Shown here piece by piece: positions 23,317 to 33,673 of a DNA stretch of 64,000 nucleotides. The position numbers were made by a program, and so were the translations under genes. The notes under the pieces were generated by a model that was not told the DNA's origin, searched no databases, and was given only the letters and a program-made list of their open reading frames with translations. The stretch comes from Neoconidiobolus thromboides FSU 785 (lineage: Eukaryota > Fungi > Entomophthoromycota), in assembly GCA_025603075.1 (NCBI GenBank), contig MU626357.1, positions 1 to 64,000 of the forward strand, given 5' to 3'. How positions within the stretch are numbered: the stretch's first letter is position 1; every line of letters starts with the position of its first letter.

Positions 23317-24822
23317 ATGGCTTTAGATAATATAAATGATAATATAGTGATCACTATCATGTTCTTTTGGAACTTATTTATAGTAGGTTCGTCAGTATTA
23401 TTTGTACATTTACGAAGCAATTTGACCATAAAATTTCGAAATGTTGGACTAACATTATATGGGGTTGTAGCTACATTACTCCTTACAAATATTTACTTTA
23501 TGACAATGCTAAGGCCTTCTACTGTGCCTTGTCATTTCGTTTTATGGGCTATTTCTTTATGCGCTCCTTCTTGGTTCTTATCTCTTTTTGGAAAGTTTTT
23601 TTTATTAGCCTTTAGTTACCAGCATGCAAAATCAAAATTAAAGGCAAATACAGCTCTAACCTTTTTGGATAGCAACCATGCCAGCAGTATAAACCACGAC
23701 AACAATAAAAAGAATAGCAACCTTTTCAATTTATTTAGAAAAGATAAGCATGAATCATCCAGAGATGCCGAATTGGGTCGTAATTGGTATCATCAGAATA
23801 GAAATCGGTGGACAACTCAGTCAGTATGTGTATGTATTATTATTATGCTTGGTTTTCATGCCGTGGTAGCTGCATTGACTCAATGGCTAGACCCAAAGTA
23901 TCATGTATTAGCAACACCACAATTAAATTGCATTCAAGGTAATGGTATGATTCCATTATTTATTACTGCTATCTTATATTTCGGTGTTGGAGGTCCACTC
24001 TTAGTTATTCTACTATGGCCAGCTAAAGATGCTTACTGGCTTAAGTTTGAGTTAGTAGCTTTAGTATTGACTACTTCTCCAATCATTACTTTATTTTTAC
24101 TATTCACTTACGTTGGATTTCTTGGAGAAAAATTTTATCCAGTTATATTTTTACTACCATTTCATTTATTGACTCATTGCTCATCTATAGTAATTCCTAT
24201 ATTAGATGTGTATCGTAATCATTTAAAGAAAACACCTAATAACTTTGCTAAATTTCATCTTATGTTGAAAGATCCAGATCAATTTACTGATTTTAAAGAA
24301 TTCACTGTCAGTGATTTTACAATTGAAAACCCCTTATTTTATGAAGCATATATTAATTTTTTAAATGAGTATGATCCTAATTTATTATTAAACAATCCAC
24401 TACACCAAATTGATTCAAATCTCACAAAGAAATCAATTTTACCTAAGCTAATACCAAACAAATGGAATCCATTACAAAGTACAGCTCATTTAAATGAGTC
24501 CCACAGTGTAAATAACAATAATATTTTAATGGAAGAGATTTCACGTGATGCCGAAAGCACTGTAATAATCGTTGATAAGAACCTAGCTTTAGCACCTTTA
24601 AATGCAAAAGAGACAAGGGAGCTATTGAATATCTATGAAAAATTTATTGCCCCTGGCTCTGATTATCAGTTGAATTTAAATGGAACAACTGTAAGACAAA
24701 TAAAGATGAGAATTAATAATCAAGAGTATGATCCATTGATGTACATGCCAGCTTTGAATGAAGTGCTCGATTCAATGTATCGTAATACCTACGTTCGTTT
24801 TATAAAATTTCAGCAATTTTAA
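23317..24822 (+). CDS. 7-TM receptor-like protein with C-terminal RGS domain (paralog 1)
   Basis: Seven hydrophobic segments, then RGS motifs F.EF..SDFTIENPLFY, IYEKFIAPGS.YQLNL and EVLDSMYRNTYVRF. The likely start is ACCATGG at 23317, homologous to the paralog 2 start. Confidence 0.88.
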   Translation: MALDNINDNIVITIMFFWNLFIVGSSVLFVHLRSNLTIKFRNVGLTLYGVVATLLLTNIYFMTMLRPSTVPCHFVLWAISLCAPSWFLSLFGKFFLLAFSYQHAKSKLKANTALTFLDSNHASSINHDNNKKNSNLFNLFRKDKHESSRDAELGRNWYHQNRNRWTTQSVCVCIIIMLGFHAVVAALTQWLDPKYHVLATPQLNCIQGNGMIPLFITAILYFGVGGPLLVILLWPAKDAYWLKFELVALVLTTSPIITLFLLFTYVGFLGEKFYPVIFLLPFHLLTHCSSIVIPILDVYRNHLKKTPNNFAKFHLMLKDPDQFTDFKEFTVSDFTIENPLFYEAYINFLNEYDPNLLLNNPLHQIDSNLTKKSILPKLIPNKWNPLQSTAHLNESHSVNNNNILMEEISRDAESTVIIVDKNLALAPLNAKETRELLNIYEKFIAPGSDYQLNLNGTTVRQIKMRINNQEYDPLMYMPALNEVLDSMYRNTYVRFIKFQQF

Positions 24823-25883
24823 CTGCTTCATGTCTATATTTTTTATAAGGTTGATTTATCCTTATTTCATATTTTTAATTCAATAAACTTAGATTTAAAT
24901 AGTAATGAAATTTATTTAAGTGTTAATTTTAAATTATACCTGTACCTTATAATTGATAATTGTTTTTTTTATTGAATATTAAAAACTATATTTCAGCTTT
25001 TATAGCTAACAAAACTAAGTATGAAAATTTATAAATATTTTTGAACATGGAGTAATAAAGCTTTTAAGCGTATTATTAGGAGTAGAAATTTTTAAACGCA
25101 AGTTTAATAAGAATGGGAAAAGACGAGAAGAGTAAATGAAGTTATGATAATGATGTAAAGTATCATAATTTCTTTTTTCAAGTTCAGGTTTTAGAAGGTT
25201 ATAATTAAAACCGAGTAAAAATATTAAATGTTGAAGCAAAAATCACCGTTCCTTCTGTACAAAATAGAATTTCAAATATTAAGTTAAAAATGAAAAATAA
25301 TAAAGAAAGATATTCCCAAATATTATTTCAAAAAGAAATCAATGTTTAACATATTGAATCTGAGTATTCTTAGATACAAATCATTTCAAAAATAAACAAG
25401 TTATGAAAACTGAAAATCAACTTTTTCATCTGGAATCATATAAAGAACAATATTGCTGAAAAAATGTCTAAAAAATATCATTTAAGGATAGTGTATTAGT
25501 TTTGAATAAATAAAAGCTATAACTTCTTTTAAATGTATAATTATTTAAAGTTTGCTTTATAATTTGTTTATTAGCTTTTTCTTTTATTTAATAGGGCTCA
25601 GACTGAATAAAATTATGAAGTATATACAATCATTGGGTAATTGTTACAACATACGAATAAAAGCAACCCATAGTTCGAGTTTATTTTTATTTATAACTTT
25701 AGATAAAACATACTCCCAAATTAGGTAATATGGCAATTGAAGATTATTTAAAACTCAGGGTTTCCAAGAATAATTTGTACAATAATTTACAAAACGATTA
25801 AGTGGTGGATAAAAGAAAAATAATCGAATTTTTATCTTTTTTACTTTTTATTTTACCTTAATCTATTTTAAAAAAAACCTAAA

Positions 25884-27200
25884 ATGTTGAAATTTAACAC
25901 TACCCTAGCCCAGAATATATTAGTCGGGTTTATATGTTTCTGTTGTCCAGGGATGTTCAATGCGTTGAATGGTATCGGAGGAGGAGGTTTGGAAGATCCA
26001 ACTGTTGCCTCAAACGCTTTAGTTGCACTCTACACAACATTTTCTTTAGTAGGAGCTTTCGCTGGTGGTGCTATTAACAATATTTTAGGGACCAAGCTTA
26101 CTATGTTAATAGGCTGCTTAACCTTTGCACTATACTCTGGTTCGTTATTAGCTTATAATAGTATTGAAAATCACGCCATAGGTTCGCCCCTTGTTATTGC
26201 AGCAGGTGCCATTTTAGGAATTGGTGCCGCTATGCTGTGGTCAGCACAAGGCGCATTAATGATGGCGTATCCTTTAGAAAGCGAAAAGGGGAAATTCATT
26301 TCGGTTTTTTGGGTTATATTTAATATTGGAGGTGTATTAGGCGGCCTGATTTCATTTGGCATCAATTTTAATAATAGTTCAGCTGGAGTAACCTCTGGTA
26401 CTTACATTGCTTTTATGTCATTAATGATAGTTGGAGCATTAATTGCGTTATTGTTATTACCACCTAATAAAGTTGTTCGTTCTGATGGCTCTCCAATCGA
26501 GGTTCCAAAGTATCCATCGCCTATTGAAGAAATTAAAGGAGTTGCAAAGGTATTTTTTGATCTTAAGATGATATTGTTGATTCCACTATTTCTCTCTTCT
26601 AATTGGTATTACACTTATGAATTTAACACATATAATGGGTTATTATTTAATATACGTACTCGTTCACTTAATAATGCTTTATATTGGGGCACTCAAATGA
26701 TTTCTGCTACTATATGGGGTAAGCTGTTAGATAATCCAAAAATGACGCGTAAGCAAAGAGGTTTCTTAGCTTTGTCTTTATTAGGGTTAATTGTTTCTGC
26801 CATTTGGGGTGGAGGTTTGGCTGTGCAACTTAATTTTTCAGTAGAGAACCCACCTAAGCCAATTGATTTTAGTGATAGTGGCTATGTTGGATTAGTATTT
26901 TTGTATATTTTTTATGGATTAGCTGATTCATTAGTGCAAACCACTTCCTATTGGGTAATGGGGGCACTATCTAATGACTCTGCAGTTTTATCCCGCTATG
27001 CTGGTTTCTATAAAGGCATACAATCTGCTGGAGCAGCAATTGCCTGGCGATTGAATGCTATCCAAACTCCTTATCTTGTTGAATTGATTATCAATTGGAC
27101 TTTAATAGTAGCTGGATGTATAGCTGCACTTATAGTTGCTACTAAGATTAAAGAGTCTTCAAAGGTTGAACAAGAAGATAAAGTAGTTTATCAAAGTTAA
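25884..27200 (+). CDS. UNC-93-like MFS membrane transporter
   Basis: GFICFCCPGMFNALNGIGGGG N-terminus typical of fungal UNC-93-like proteins, about 12 TM segments, intronless. Confidence 0.85.
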   Translation: MLKFNTTLAQNILVGFICFCCPGMFNALNGIGGGGLEDPTVASNALVALYTTFSLVGAFAGGAINNILGTKLTMLIGCLTFALYSGSLLAYNSIENHAIGSPLVIAAGAILGIGAAMLWSAQGALMMAYPLESEKGKFISVFWVIFNIGGVLGGLISFGINFNNSSAGVTSGTYIAFMSLMIVGALIALLLLPPNKVVRSDGSPIEVPKYPSPIEEIKGVAKVFFDLKMILLIPLFLSSNWYYTYEFNTYNGLLFNIRTRSLNNALYWGTQMISATIWGKLLDNPKMTRKQRGFLALSLLGLIVSAIWGGGLAVQLNFSVENPPKPIDFSDSGYVGLVFLYIFYGLADSLVQTTSYWVMGALSNDSAVLSRYAGFYKGIQSAGAAIAWRLNAIQTPYLVELIINWTLIVAGCIAALIVATKIKESSKVEQEDKVVYQS

Positions 27201-27479
27201 TTATTAACCCAAATGAATAAAGATAAATATTTAAATAAATTAACCGAAAAATATCTATTTTCAAGATCTTATTACTTAATAAAAGTTGGTTTTTATTCAT
27301 TCAAATTAATATAAATTAAATGCATCTTTTATTTGTTTGTAGCCTATTTCTATCATCTAAAACCGTTTTCTAAAATAAAAAGATTATGTTTAAAAGGTGT
27401 TAGTTTTAAATATCTCATCACAACCAATAGACTTATTTTAGATGAGAAAACAAAATCAAACAATTTACTATAATTATAT

Positions 27480-27575
27480 GATGATGTCTCTTTTTGTTAA
27501 AAAAAATTTACTAATATATTTTCCTCTTAAGAGCACTTAAAAAATAGAAATAGTGATGAAACCCAAAAACACCCT
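27480..27575 (-). mobile_element. MITE copy H (degenerate)
   Basis: Diverged family core, ATAT on both flanks. Confidence 0.65.
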
Positions 27576-27815
27576 ATATAGAGATTACAGATAAATAGAC
27601 ATTATCTAAAAAGCTTGATTTGAGGTTCATTGCTAGTTTTATATAAGATTATTTCAAAAGTAATATTCTTTTTTGGCAAAAAAAGCCAGTTGTTAACTGC
27701 TACATCAAATATCTTTTACCTTATAAAAATTTATACTAAAAAACTTATCTTCAGTAGTTATATACAATTACCACTTTAGATCTGTCAAAAAAGGAAACCT
27801 CTTATGTAACCATAC

Positions 27816-27911
27816 GGGGATGTATTTTTGTTTAAGGATTTTACTAACAAATTTTCTGCTCAAATAGCGCTTAAAAGATGGAAAAAGTAATGAAGCCAAA
27901 AAAACACTCTC
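27816..27911 (-). mobile_element. MITE copy I
   Basis: Near-consensus core. Flanks ATAC / AGGT do not match. Confidence 0.85.
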
Positions 27912-28263
27912 AGGTTATAATCAAAATTTAGGCTTTAATATCATAATGAGTATTATTTTTGAAACTTCATTGTTTTAATAAAATGCTATGGAGTAGTTTC
28001 AATGGTTTTATATTGGAAATTGTAATAATAGTGATTGATTAAAAGTACTATTAAAAAAAATACTATTTTTTATGATAATACTAGGTGAAGTTACTTTCGC
28101 TTTATCTTTTAGGGTTCCTTGATGTATGTTAAAGATACCAAAACCAAGGAAAGTAAAAGTAGTAATACCAACTTCAATGTTAAAATCATTAGTAAACATA
28201 ATAAACTACTTTATTAATTTAAAGTTAAGTTATTGAATAGCGTACGTATAGCTTTCAAGATTT

Positions 28264-28358
28264 GAGAATATTTTTTGTTTCATTACTTTTTCCATTTCTT
28301 AAGCGTTATTTTGAGTGGAAAGATTGTTAGTAAAATTCTTAAACAAAAATACATCCCC
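28264..28358 (+). mobile_element. MITE copy J
   Basis: GAGA..CATCCCC ends with ATTT on both flanks (28260-63, 28359-62). Confidence 0.85.
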
Positions 28359-28907
28359 ATTTAAAGTTTTTCTGTTGTTGTTTTAATTATTTAGTGATAT
28401 GAACTTAATATAAATAATTTGATATCTTTCAAAACCTTTTAAAAGTAACAAGTTTTATATTTGACTCTATATTATTTTAAGATTTAATCATAATCCCTTT
28501 ATAAAATTATCCTCACGCACTTAAATCATTTAAATATAAATCTCATTACTTTGCCCCTTAATATATTAACCTAATAAAAATTAAACCAATGCTCAAAATA
28601 TAAATGTAGGCTAATATATAGTATGGTATATATAAAAATATAATGTCAATAGTCTTTTGATAACAACTAGATCTAAAAACATGCATAAATTAAATAGTCA
28701 TATATATTAATATAGCATTTATCTAATAGAAAAGAAATTAAATTTTTGGTAATAAACCCTTGCTCCTTAAAAATAATTAACTTAAAAAGGATATTATACC
28801 AACTATATAAACTCCTTTCTGATATAGGCCTTTCCTTAGAAAACTAAAAGTATTAAAAATTAAAATTTGATTTCTTATTATTTATTTTTAATTATTTATT
28901 TATAAAA

Positions 28908-30413
28908 ATGGCTTTAGGCAGCATTGATGATAATGTAATAATCGGGGTTATGTTCGTATGGAACTTATTCATTTTAAGTACATCTGGATTATTCTACTAC
29001 CTACGCTCAAATTTAACCGTTAAGTTTCGTAATGTGCCATTGACTTTATTAGGGGTCATTAGTACTCTATTACTTAGTAATACTTATTTTATAACAATCT
29101 TAAAGCCCAACACAGTACCATGCTATTTTGTTCTATGGGCTTTATCTTTAGGCGCACCAACCTGGTTTTTAACCTTTTTTGGCAAATATTTTTTATTGGC
29201 TTTTAGTTATCAACATGCCAAATCCAAATTGAAAGCCAATAGCGATCTCACCTTTTTAGAAGATAGTCCCGCTGTCGCGGATAAAAACGAGCTGGGCTTA
29301 AATACTAACTTGGATTCAACATACCCTTCAACTGTGGGCTTCTTTACCAATTTAAAAAATAACCGGGATGTCGAATTGGGCCGTAATTGGTATCATCAAA
29401 ATAGGAATCGTTGGACAACTCAATCGGTATGTGTATGTATTATTGTTATGCTTGGTTTTCATGCTGTGGTAGCTGCATTGACTCAATGGTTGGATCCAAA
29501 TTATCATAAATTAGCAGTTCCTCAGTTAAATTGTATTCAAGGTAATGGTATGATTCCATTGTTTGCTACCGCTATTTTATATTTTGGTGTTGGTGGGCCA
29601 TTTTTAGTTATTATGTTGTGGCCAGCTAAAGATGCTTACTGGCTTAAGTTTGAGTTAGTAGCTTTAGTATTAACTACTTCTCCAATCATTACTTTATTTT
29701 TATTATTTACTTATGTACAAGCCCTTGGAGATAGATTCTACCCTGTAGCATTCTTATTCCCATTTCATTTATTAACTCATTGTTCGTCTATATTAATTCC
29801 TGTTATAGATGTGTACCGAATGCATTTAAAGAAAACACCTAATAACTTTGCTAAATTTCATCTTATGTTGAAAGATCCAGATCAATTTACTGATTTTAAA
29901 GAATTCACTGTCAGTGATTTTACAATTGAAAACCCCTTATTTTATGAAGCATATATTAATTTTTTAAATGAATATGACCCTAATTTATTAAACGATAAAG
30001 TCGATCATCAATCTGATACCAAGAAACACACGCGTTCTTTAATCCCAAAGATGATAAAGTCTAAATGGAATCCTTTAAGTTCTAGTAGCAACCTTGGTGC
30101 CGATACAGACAAAGATGTACCAATGGAAAGGTTGAGTAACAATGTAGTACAGGTATTGAGAAGTAATCAAAACGCTACTCTACGCCCCATGACAGGTAAT
30201 GAGACAAGAAAACTTATCCAGCTTTATGATAGATTTATTGCACCTGGATCCGATTACCAATTGAATTTGAATGGTACTACCGTAAGGCAGATTAAAATGA
30301 AAATCAATGGTCAGGAATATGACCCATTGATGTTGATGCCCGCCTTAAATGAAGTACTCGATTCGATGTACCGTAATACCTATGTGCGTTTTATCAAATT
30401 CCAACAGTTTTAA
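28908..30413 (+). CDS. 7-TM receptor-like protein with C-terminal RGS domain (paralog 2)
   Basis: Same architecture and motifs as 23317-24822, intronless. Confidence 0.88.
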   Translation: MALGSIDDNVIIGVMFVWNLFILSTSGLFYYLRSNLTVKFRNVPLTLLGVISTLLLSNTYFITILKPNTVPCYFVLWALSLGAPTWFLTFFGKYFLLAFSYQHAKSKLKANSDLTFLEDSPAVADKNELGLNTNLDSTYPSTVGFFTNLKNNRDVELGRNWYHQNRNRWTTQSVCVCIIVMLGFHAVVAALTQWLDPNYHKLAVPQLNCIQGNGMIPLFATAILYFGVGGPFLVIMLWPAKDAYWLKFELVALVLTTSPIITLFLLFTYVQALGDRFYPVAFLFPFHLLTHCSSILIPVIDVYRMHLKKTPNNFAKFHLMLKDPDQFTDFKEFTVSDFTIENPLFYEAYINFLNEYDPNLLNDKVDHQSDTKKHTRSLIPKMIKSKWNPLSSSSNLGADTDKDVPMERLSNNVVQVLRSNQNATLRPMTGNETRKLIQLYDRFIAPGSDYQLNLNGTTVRQIKMKINGQEYDPLMLMPALNEVLDSMYRNTYVRFIKFQQF

Positions 30414-31190
30414 TTTTTCTATTCCTTTTACTAAGAACTATATGTTCGAATAAATGTTTATTTTGTTAATAAAAATTTTGACCTTTGTTATGTTTATGGT
30501 TTACATGGACAAATTTATAACTATGTTATAATAAAAAGTATTTGGTACTGCAGCCTTGATTATTAATATCTTCATAAGTTTTGAAATAATTTGAATTCAC
30601 AATATATAAATATGCAAGAGCTCATTGTTAATCAAATTGATAATGCTTATACAAGGAGAACGTAGATTAATTTAATGCTTTAGTTATGAGTTAAAAAAAT
30701 TAAACATTCAGTTTATAAAATCATTCTATCAAAAACATCCTATTTTTTAAATTAGTTATTTCTAGATGCTTTTATTATAAAACTGTGAATTTATTCAGAT
30801 TCAATATTCAGATTCATTCTGCTCAGCTTTATAAAATTTATTTTTATGCCCGATTTCATATTACTTTCATATATTACAACTATTAATAATATGTTGCTCA
30901 TACTTTTTTGATCACTTCCAAACTTCTAATTTCATCAAGTATTTTATAGCCAATGAAGCTAATTTAGTAGCTACACTCATAACCTTGCCAAAAAGTGCAT
31001 TCTTTTAATCCAATAAAAAATCTAATCGTTAAACCCTTTAAAGAGGAATTAAAATGGTACGATTTCATAGTAAGTTAAAGATGCAGAGATTTAATTTGCT
31101 AAAAAATCCAGTGTTATGATTCGCTCATAAATCGAACTAATAAAAAAAAGTATAAAAAGGTTTTATCAAAACATAGATTGAGAAAGAAAG

Positions 31191-32205
31191 ATGATAGCCG
31201 AAATGCAAGCATTTGTTCAACAAACAGTCGAAAGTTGTTTAGAAAAACCAACGTTTATTATTCCTGATGGTTATCTTCCTAATGCGTTTGAAAATGCATG
31301 GATGGAAATGTTCAATTATGGAAACCCTTGGTTAGTGATTACCGTGTTTTCTCTGTGCTTACATGAGATTTTTTATTTTGGTAGATATATTCCCTATATG
31401 ATATATGACCAGATCCCTTCTTTACAGAAATATAAGCTTCAAGAGGTAAAACTATTTGTTATCTATATATTACAAAATTAAGCCGTATTTAGGATAAAGT
31501 AGTAACCTCTGAGGAGAGGTGGCACTGTACAAGGCAAGTGCTATTTGTACATTTCTTTTATGCTGGCGCTTATATCGTTTTCTTTTACCCTGTTGCTAAA
31601 ACTCTTGGCCTAGACTTTTTTAAAATCCCATTCCCAGACTGGTAAATTAATATTATATTTTATAAAGTTAATATTTACTTATTAAAAACAGGAAAGAGCT
31701 TTTTGTTCATTTAGCTGTCTGTTTCATTGTTGAAGATTCTTGGCATTACTGGTTACATCGCGCCATGCATTATGGTCCTTTCTATAAATACATCCATAAA
31801 GTTCATCATGAGTACTCCGCCCCCTTTGGTATTGCTGCCGAATATGCTCACCCCATTGAAGTAGCACTATTAGGTTTAGGTTCCTTTTTAGGGCCCATGT
31901 TAATTTTGGGTGTAAGCGGAAATATGCACGCAATTACAGCAGAAGCCTTTGTAGCTTTACGCATCTGTCAAGCTGTAGAAGCTCACTCAGGTTATGATTT
32001 ACCCTGGTCCTTACATAATATTATCCCATTTTGGGCTGGTGCTGAACATCATGATTTTCATCATCAAGCTTTTGTTGATTGCTATGCATCATCCTTCCGT
32101 TGGAACGATTCCATCTTTGGGACCGATAGTAAATATCACTCTGCTAGAGAGCGTATGAGACAAAAGAAATTAAAGATGAGTCAGAATAAGGATAAGACTC
32201 AGTAA
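31191..32205 (+). CDS. ERG25: C-4 methylsterol oxidase (sterol desaturase/hydroxylase family), 3 exons
   Basis: His boxes HYWLHRAMH, IHKVHH and HHDFHH, plus AAEYAHP.E and EAHSGYDLPW. Confidence 0.92.
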
Positions 32206-32586
32206 ATTTAGTAATTAATTCAAAATAGTATATTATAAATAAATGTTTTTAAATTCATTACTGGTTTTTTGGATTGTTATAATACAACTTCGATATTCTA
32301 AACAATTTATAACATACGGTTAATTATTATTAGCAAATTTGTTGATTAATCGAATAAAGCAAACATCAAGAAAATGTTTTTAAAAATACTTTTATGATTT
32401 TTATAAATAGTATATATATATTTTTTGTCTTTTAAGTAGTATATAATTTGTTTTTAAAGTATTTTAAATAGTTTACAATTGTTCCTACTCTAGTTCTTTG
32501 ATAAAAGATAAGAATTTACGTTTTATGATTGGCTAACTGAAACCCATAAACCCTTTCAAAAAAATTATATCTTTTCACTCACAATA

Positions 32587-33620
32587 ATGTCCAGTTTAAG
32601 AAACAGTGTACAACGACGCAATCATGCCGAAAGAAGTCAACCAGCCCGACGACAACATTTGGGTATCTTAGAAAAGCATAAGGATTATAAGCTCCGTGCT
32701 ACAGATTATCATAAGAAACAAGATACTTTAAAGAAATTGAGAGAAAAAGCAAGATTCCGTAATGAGGACGAATTTTATTTTAAAATGATAAACACAAAGA
32801 CGAAGGTGAGTAAATTGAACTTAATCTTATATTGAAAAAATTTAAGGATCAAAATTTAGGGTGGTGTTCACATCAAAGAAAGGAGTGGTGTGCTTGGTGC
32901 AGATATTATGAAATTGTTGAGAACCCAAGATTCTAATTATATTCAACAAATGATTAACATTGAGCAGAAAGTAAATTGATTAAAAGTTGTGAATTAAGTT
33001 ATTAAACATCACTTTAGCAAATAGAAAAATTAAAAGATGGACTATCGTTTATTGATGAAGGACAAGAAGAAGAAGAAGAAGAAGAAGAAGAAGAAGAAGG
33101 GTTTAAGGCTAAAAAGAAAGTCAAACACACTATATTTGTTGATGAGGATGAAAACAGTACTGTTTAAATAACATTTTAATACCAAATGCTCATATATTTA
33201 TAGTTGAAAGCTTTGATGTAGCAGACCATTTCGATACCTTACCTTCTTTAGTGGAACAAAAGCACTTGCGTTTACGCAAAAGTACATTAAAGAACAAACC
33301 ATTAGATCCTGATTTTATGAAAAAGGTAGTTATATAGCTATTAAGTTGATAATCTTATTTAGAATTAGGAATTACTTGAACAAAGGAATGAACAAAAGAA
33401 AGGAGAATACGCCCATCTCAAAGAAAGAATGGAACGTTTAGATCAGTTGAAATTGGCTTTAAGAGAAAGTGAGATTCAAAAATCATTATTGGTAGTTCAT
33501 ATGTTTCTCAAGTCAACATTAATCTAATTTAATTTTTAGGGCAAAGGTAAAAAAGAAAAGATTGGAAAAGATAGCCGAGGTTTGACTATTTGGAAGTTTC
33601 AGCAAGTTAGAAAGAAATAA
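32587..33620 (+). CDS. UTP11: U3 snoRNA-associated protein 11, spliced
   Basis: [46 protein letters not shown], and C-terminal WKF...RKK*. Confidence 0.95.
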
Positions 33621-33673
33621 GCTAGCAAATTAATAAAATCTATAGAACATAAATAAAGAGTATAATATTTAAT

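Noticed and set aside
22377-28358. Direct-orientation MITEs G and J upstream of each 7TM-RGS gene as the cause of the duplication
   Set aside because: They have different TSDs and unalignable flanks, so they are independent insertions, and the gene duplication looks older.
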